A DNA stretch of 40,555 bases, from the NCBI RefSeq assembly GCF_001194135.2, contig NC_068996.1:54774969-54815523 (forward strand), given 5' to 3'. The position numbers and the translations under genes are program-made. The notes below the pieces were generated by a model. It was not told the origin of the DNA. It was given only the letters and a program-made list of their open reading frames with translations, and did not search any database. Below, piece by piece: positions 33,880-40,555 of this stretch. Every line of letters starts with the position of its first letter. Position 1 is the first letter of the stretch. The DNA is from Octopus bimaculoides (lineage: Eukaryota).

Positions 33880-34270
33880 AATGCAACTTCACCAATAGAT
33901 GTAAGATCGAAAATGTAGTTTACCAATGTGTCGTACACACAAACAGCCATATAAGATCATACATTGGGAACACGAAAACCAAATACGTTTCAGATACAAT
34001 GAACACCAATCTAGCTTTAGAAATAGAAAAAAGGCAAATTCAACAGGACTTAGTAGCTATATCTGGGAATTAAAGGACAATAATATAGCATACAAACTAA
34101 AATGGCATATACTCAGAACAGCAAATTCTTATAACTCAACAGGCATTGTGATCTTTGCCTCACTGATCGCCTCGAAATCCTAATGGCTACAACACATCTT
34201 CTAAACAAAAAATACATAAATAACCTAGTTTGTCTACACACTACAAAATTTTTATTTTCTAAGTATAATT
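33880..34270 (+). pseudogene. Penelope-like element GIY-YIG C-terminus (second family)
   Basis: CKIENVVYQCVVHTNSHIRSYIGNT, frameshift, FRYNEHQSSFRNRKKANSTGLSSYIWELKDNNIAYKLKWHIL, frameshift, HCDLCLTDRLEILM..LLNKK. Confidence 0.85.
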
Positions 34271-34607
34271 AAATATTTACTAGGACAGAGTTAGCTCCCT
34301 CTTCACCAGAACTTAAAGTTACTCCCCTTTACTTACACCGCCAGTACCATAAAACCATAACATCCACTTGATTTAACAACATCCACGTGCGGAATGCGCT
34401 TGACTAAGATTGGAATTACGGACTTAAACAGCACCCACCCTACCTCTCCTTCCCAGAAATATTATTAACCCTGATTTCGACTAAAATGTGAGACTCACTA
34501 TACCTTACCTCTATTTTCACACCACTATATGCATTCTTTTACATTAGTATATCCTCAACCTTTTGATACCTTCATCTCTCACACCATGCATCTAAACAGA
34601 CTTCTCA

Positions 34608-34661
34608 GCATTCTGAAGAGATCTGCCAATTAAATTGGCAAATCGAAACGATCGTAAATGT
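34608..34661 (+). ncRNA. Minimal type I hammerhead ribozyme, canonical core, in the 3' UTR/pLTR of the Penelope remnant
   Basis: GCATT-CTGAAGA-GATCTGCCAAT TAA ATTGGCAAATC-GAAAC-GATC-GTA^AATGT. Stem I 5 bp (one G.U), stem II 10 bp plus one mismatch, palindromic stem III ACGATCGT; predicted cleavage after 34656. Confidence 0.88.
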
Positions 34662-34747
34662 AACATTACATAATCTCCACATAATTGATTAAATTCATGG
34701 CTAATCAACCTGCTTCTTCCTGTGTTTGTTTCTCCATTCTCTACATG

Positions 34748-34809
<62 letters not shown>

Positions 34810-34810
34810 C

Positions 34811-34841
<31 letters not shown>

Positions 34842-34988
34842 CATATTTTGTATTTGATGTGTCTGATTTGTTTATGTACATAATTGCCCCCCTCTCTCTC
34901 TCTCTCGTTATATTTTTAAATATACATACATATATCATCATCATCATCGTTTAACGTCCGCTTTCCAAACATATATATATATATATAT

Positions 34989-35044
<56 letters not shown>

Positions 35045-35669
35045 ACACACACATATATATTGTATAGAGGGTAAGGCCAGAACAACGCAAAGTAAATGCA
35101 AGGCAAATCCAAAGAAAACAAATATATGAATTAATGTAGACTTGCCTTGCAGTCAATATTTCTGGGTTATAACCCCATTTTCAAGAAACTGATGGATGTT
35201 ACCAATGAGCGTGTGTGGAGTGGTCATGCACGGAAAGGTGTTGCTATAGCAACCAGCTAGCTTCCTGTAACTCTCTTCTGTTGTTGATCTTAGGTNNNNN
35301 NNNNNCCTGTAACTCTCTTCTGTTGTTGATCTTAGGTTTCTTTTGGTGTATGAGGATGGCCTCAGAGATTCTAAGGTTGCCCCTGTTCTGCCATGTTGAC
35401 CTGATGTGCTCTGTGAATTCCCAGGTCTGCCATTTGCGTAGATGTTTATTCACAGAAGTGTCTGCCTGTGTTCCTTTATACGTATATGCAGTTTTCTCCT
35501 GGTGCTTCCTATGTAGGATGCACCACATTTGCCACAGATGATCTCGTATACAACATAGGTCCTCTGGCACAATTCAGGGTTATTGAAGGGGTTAGCAGAT
35601 TTCAACATCTCATCATAAAATTGTCCTGCTAAGTCTTAAAATAGATTTTTGTTTACAAAAGCTTATTAA

Positions 35670-35850
35670 GCTACTTAGCGTATTATTATTATTCTAGTTC
35701 TGAGTTCAAATTCTATTGAGGTTGACTTTGCCTTTCATCGTTTTGGGGTCGATAAACTAAGTACTTGTGAATCACTAGGGGTCGATGTAATCAACTACAC
35801 CCCTCCCCACAAATTTCAGACTTTGTTCCTTTAGTAGAAAGGATTATTAT
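35670..35850 (+). mobile_element. Second tRNA-type SINE family copy
   Basis: B-box-like tgagttcaaattc, gactttgcctttcatc...ggggtcgata, and an (ATT)n-like tail. Confidence 0.7.
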
Positions 35851-35928
35851 TGTTATTGACTTTTAATCTTCATGTTTGCTACAATCACTTGCCAAGACAC
35901 ACCCAGCATCCTAGGGCAATTATTATTA

Positions 35929-35962
<34 letters not shown>

Positions 35963-36037
35963 TACCTTGGTTTTTGAGATAACATTCTATGATGTTGTTT
36001 TCTTTCCTAATATTTTCCCACATTTTCTTTTTGACAG

Positions 36038-36163
36038 TGCTCCTTATTATGCTGAACTGCATAAATGTGAAATTAGTTACAAGGTTGCAACTTATCATCA
36101 CATTCAGCAAGATCATAGCTCTGTTAATCATAATCTTCATTGGATTTTATTGGATTGGCACTG
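36038..36163 (+). CDS. SLC7 transporter coding exon 2 (TM4-TM5)
   Basis: Polypyrimidine tract and acceptor ttttctttttgacAG (36036-36037). Phase 1 join A|TG gives ...ALIVMLLIMLNCINVKLVTRLQLIITFSKIIALLIIIFIG. Donor GTAATG at 36164; 126 nt, phase 1-1. Confidence 0.93.
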
Positions 36164-36266
36164 GTAATGTTATTTCTTTTTTTCTTTGACTGTTACAATT
36201 TATTACAACTGATTAGACAATATTCCTGAATTTTTTTTTTTTTTTCTGTTAAACATAAGAGTTTGA

Positions 36267-36465
36267 CCCTTTTGATACCAACCTGGCTGAAACCACCTCT
36301 GGCTCTGTAGTACAAATGTCTTGTTTTCATAAGTTCTGAATTAAAATCTCCCACCAAACTTTAGTCACAATTTATGTTCCTAACACTAGCTGAATGATAA
36401 CTAAGTTATTTTACTAAATTCTTTGTTATCTTTAAAATTAATTGAAAGAAACACAAAGCATCAAG
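36267..36465. mobile_element. Truncated inverted copy of the 13762 piggyBac-type MITE, in intron 2
   Basis: ccttttgataccaacctggctgaaa...gtcacaatttatgttcctaacactagc is the reverse complement of ~13790-13984. Confidence 0.75.
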
Positions 36466-36983
36466 AACAAGCTGGTTGGATAATATCCATAGACTTCAGT
36501 TCGTCCTATTGAGAATCCAGTCAGAAAGTGTAATAATGGTTGCTTCTGATAGGACCCTAAAGAGGAGGTGCCTAAGAACTCTCCCCCCAAGAATAGTGGG
36601 GTGGAAATCCTTGTCATAGATCAGAAGTGAAATCTTATTGGCATGGTTTCTGCTTCTAGTTGTATTTCACTTTGCTTACATTTCTAATCATGTTGAGAAG
36701 AACCTGAATTTCGTTTTCTTTTCTCTACACTGTTTGGAACTTATGTCAAATATGCACTTCCATAGAATTTATATCAAATATTATCCAGTTCCACTATTCT
36801 ACCATATTCATAAAGTGGCTACATATGAGGAATACATTTAAGGAATACATTTCTTTCCTGTACACTTTTTATGCTGTGAGAAGAAAATGGACTCTGTCAA
36901 ATTTTATTTAATACATACATATTAATAGTATAAACTTCCTCTTTATATAATTTATGAAAATATCTTTTTTTTATTCTTACCAG

Positions 36984-37083
36984 GTAAAAATGAAAGCTTT
37001 AAAAACACATTTACTGGAACAGACTATCGAATTGGTCCAATTGCATTATCATTTTATTCTGGTTTTTGGGCTTATAGTGGTTG
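36984..37083 (+). CDS. SLC7 transporter coding exon 3 (TM5-6 loop and TM6)
   Basis: Acceptor ttattcttaccAG (36982-36983). In-frame GKNESFKNTFTGTDYRIGPIALSFYSGFWAYSGW matches the SLC7 TM6 motif. Donor GTAAGT at 37084 splits the Trp codon (phase 2). No further exon recognised before the window end. Confidence 0.93.
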
Positions 37084-38364
37084 GTAAGTATTAGATTTCT
37101 AGTTTTCTTTTATCATTACTTTGATACTATCCACTAAACACCCTTTCAGTAATATATAATATTCTTGTCTGCTATGGTACACCATGCATCTATTTGAGAG
37201 GACCTCTCCAGGCTAATAACGCAGTATTCAGTGTTCTAACAAGACATCTATATTTAGTTGGATACAAAGATTGCCTTTTGGTACTAATACTGCTTCAGTT
37301 GCTAATAATTATAATGCTTTTATTTAATAATTAGTCCAAAAAGGAGGGATGGTATCTATTTTTCTTTTAAGCCTTCCCAGATAGAGGTTTAATGATAGAA
37401 GGTCGATACTCCTGAAGTCTGAAAATATGATGGGGAAATATCAGGAATAGAATTTTATTCTAGGGAATAAAATTTAAACATGATTTTTCAGTTCAGAATC
37501 TAGAAAGAGAGATGAAGTAAGTGTGAATTCAGTTGATGCAAATGAAGATAATAAACCATTGGAGAGTTGAGGGGAAGTGAGACCTGTGTACTTAGGATAG
37601 AAGAGACTTTGAGAAAGCAGCAGAATATGTAGACCAGAATGCATGAGTGTGGTTGGTACACAATTACAAATGTGTTAACATTACTCAAATATACAGCCTC
37701 TCTATATCCTCATTGAGGTTTGAACTGCTCATAGCTAAAGTAAAATTTTGTCCTGGGAATGTCACCCAGGCTTTGCAATACAATCTTATCTATATAAGTA
37801 ATGTGTTGTGACTATTAAACTCATAAGAGTTTTTATTACTTAGAACAAATGGACAGTAGGTGGTATTGGTTGTTTATAGTTCAAGAGTTAGGGGAGTGTA
37901 ATGTGTGATTCTTTGATGTGGTTAGTGGTAATGCCTTGCTTCTAATAATATACATATTGCAAGTTGTTCACCAAGCTGACTTATATGATCATAGGCCTTC
38001 CATCCATGATTCTTTGTCCATGAAATGCTTACTACATTTTATTTTCCTTTTGTAAGGCACCAAGGATATGATTTTAAGTGATATTATGCTGCTTTTTTCT
38101 GTTTGGTTAAGTGACAGTACAGAGGCTTGTCCACGAACTTAGTGTTGTTTTCACAGTTCAACCTTAATCAAATGAAGTTTTTGATAAAAGACAATTTGGC
38201 CTTGACCATCCAGGGGTTTTTTTTTTTTGGTTTTTTTTAATCAGGGACTACATTCATTAATATTTCCTTCTCTTTTTAAGATGGCAGAGTGATCTGAGAG
38301 CAATTCAGTTGCTATTTCTATCAGTTCAAGTGACCTAATTGAAGTTCTCTCTTTATTTCATTAA

Positions 38365-38584
38365 CTCTTTAGCATTTAATCTGCCCATATCCAGCCCAAA
38401 TATTCTATCTGTTTTAAGTTCAAGCTGGCTAGATCCAGCTTCTTACCTATGACCCTATAACTTATTCTAAAAATAAGCAAACTCATCATCAAAATCTTGA
38501 ATCTAAGAAATAATGCCAGATTAATTCAAGAGAATGTGAATAAATAAGCATTACATCTGACTGAGTAATCTGAATGCTAAAGGG
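38365..38584. mobile_element. piggyBac-type MITE, different family (220 bp)
   Basis: TTAA at 38361-38364 and 38585-38588; TIR C(T/C)CTTTAGCATT. Confidence 0.75.
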
Positions 38585-40230
38585 TTAACACTAGAGCTGT
38601 TGTTGCTGATAAAGTAAAAGAGCATGGTTTGAGGGATGTTTAGCTGGTATTTCTACTAGATTAAGCAACCAAACAGAATTTTCTTAGCTTGGCAAGAAGT
38701 ATTGAGGTTGTATATGGATTGACTGAGTGAAAGGCATGCATGGCTGTGTCTGTATTGGAGAGTGCAGCAATAGATGCCAGTAAATAGGTTGTTACTGTAG
38801 AGAAGAAAAATAATTGCATTGATACTTGCTCTAATGTAGAGGTCTGACAAGGAAGTTTCTAGTCATGTGATTAAATTCAGTCGGATTGCTCAGACAGGTA
38901 ACTTTTTAGAGAATTTCAGAACAAGTGGTCAAAGACTTGCTTGACAAATTAGCTTTCAATGAAGTTGTTTGCATAGCAGAACCATTGGAAAGTAAATTTA
39001 TATGTGAGAGAGGGGGGTGGGGGGAATGTTTGTAGCTTTTTCAGGTTTTATAAGACTGGAATATATAGATAGTTAGGTAAAAATTAATGCAGTTAGGCCT
39101 CGGTTTAAGCTTTTTTTAAGCCTGGAATTAAGAAGCAATTGTAGGTAGGAGCACTTTCCAGAAATGTGTAGTTCTGTGAAGGAAGAATAAGGGGTAGTGA
39201 CTAACAGTGTTGGGATTGTGAGTTAAGAATTAATAGTAGTTCTGAAAGAGACAGCTGAGATGTCTGCAAGAGGTGGCATGCAGTCAGCAACTTTAGAATA
39301 AAAACATCATTCTAGTAGCAGTTCAGAAAAAAAAGAATTTTCATTTTGGTAATTGACAAAAGATTAAAGAGCATCCGTGAGTGGAAGAATAGATTATATA
39401 AACTGAAAGGATTAAAATTAACAGCTTTTCTTCTACCGTTTTCAAGAGCAAGAACATTTATGTGTAATTTAGAGTAGAAGTTTTCCTGTTGATCTGGCTG
39501 CACAGAAACCATTCTGGTGTTCAGTGAAAAAATAAGAAATTCAAGTAAAAGAAGTGTATTGTTTATGACTGTTGTTTTTGTCTTAGAGTTGTGTTGGCCA
39601 GCAACTGACAAAGTCAAAATGAATTATTTTAGATATAGACTATATTTGTTCCTGGGTGAAATTTTTAACCTGATTAATAATGAAATAATGGCTAATAATA
39701 GGGTATTTAAGCATGTCTTTGCATAGTTACTCAACATAGGAGTAGCAGAAAAATTACACCCTACTGTTTGGGAGAAAAAAATTGATCCGATTGTCTTGGT
39801 AGACTGTGACTAAAAAAAAACAAAAATAAATAGCATAGTCACAATTAGAATATGTGTATATTTCTATTTGTCACAGTAAATAGCCACCGTAAGTGAAAAG
39901 AAAAGAATTTATTGGAATTAATGTCCTACTTAGGATCAGAATGAATGAATGAATGATTATGTACCAACCTCTTTTAGAATAGTTCCCATAGTCAGAAATT
40001 TCAGCTTCTGGTATTCTGCATTTGGGAAGTGGTGGAGATGGGGGAAGTCATCTAGGAAAGGAAAAAATCAAAGTTATCTGGATCCAGAAAGGAATCTGCT
40101 AAATGAATTGTAATCCTTATTATAACAAGGCATAAAACCAGCCTGTTATTGAAGAGAACAATGAATCTAGATCATATGATCAAAATAATCATAGCTTTGC
40201 TTAACACAGATTGGTTATGATTCAGAATGA

Positions 40231-40276
<46 letters not shown>

Positions 40277-40555
40277 AGATGGTTTGTCTTTGATGAAGCT
40301 ACAGAAAAACATCTCAGCAAAGGATTAGATTGGAGGTGTATGGTGTGTGTGTATGTGTGTAAATAAAGATTTGAGAAAAAGCCTGGTGTTACCAGCCAGT
40401 ATCCATGTGTGAAACTCTGAGAGGCCAGGCAGGTGTATAACTACTACTCGGGCTGGGTGCAAAGGAAATCTACCCAGCTGGCTTCAAGCCAAGTTTTCAA
40501 AAGATAAACAGAAAATGAAAATCAGAGAACAGAGTAGAGATAGAGTTCAAGGATG

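Larger units (their letters stand above)
915..36037 (+). other. Intron 1 of the SLC7 gene (35,123 bp)
   Basis: GT..AG bounded and phase-compatible. The protein is continuous across the junction with no missing SLC7 segment. Confidence 0.88.

Noticed and set aside
36981-36990. CAG|GTAAAA as a recursive splice site
   Set aside because: The downstream sequence is required coding exon 3 and the donor match is weak.
37084-40555. Fourth SLC7 exon (expected N..N.VTEE...P..NLP)
   Set aside because: No such phase-2 exon found by eye; it presumably lies beyond the window.

Overview
AT-rich, microsatellite-dense eukaryotic genomic DNA with nine N-gaps. The repeat families (tRNA+CORE SINEs, RTE, CR1, Penelope-like elements) point to a coleoid cephalopod, most likely Octopus (inference). 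The only supportable host gene is a + strand SLC7 light-chain (L-type/heteromeric) amino acid transporter. Three coding exons join in frame across canonical GT-AG introns (488-914, 36038-36163, 36984-37083), and the gene continues beyond the window. Its 35.1-kb first intron is full of transposon debris: RTE and CR1 LINE fragments, three Penelope-like (GIY-YIG) remnants, SINEs, mariner relics, piggyBac-type and 8-bp-TSD MITEs, and mini-Helitrons. The most notable signal outside the ORF track is four sequence-unrelated minimal type I hammerhead ribozyme folds. One has a fully canonical core, follows a Penelope remnant and lies in the sense strand of the pre-mRNA. Almost all other listed ORFs are microsatellite, repeat or N-gap artefacts. 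No CRISPR, tRNA or rRNA genes were seen. Repeat boundaries are read by eye and are approximate unless a TSD or terminus is quoted.
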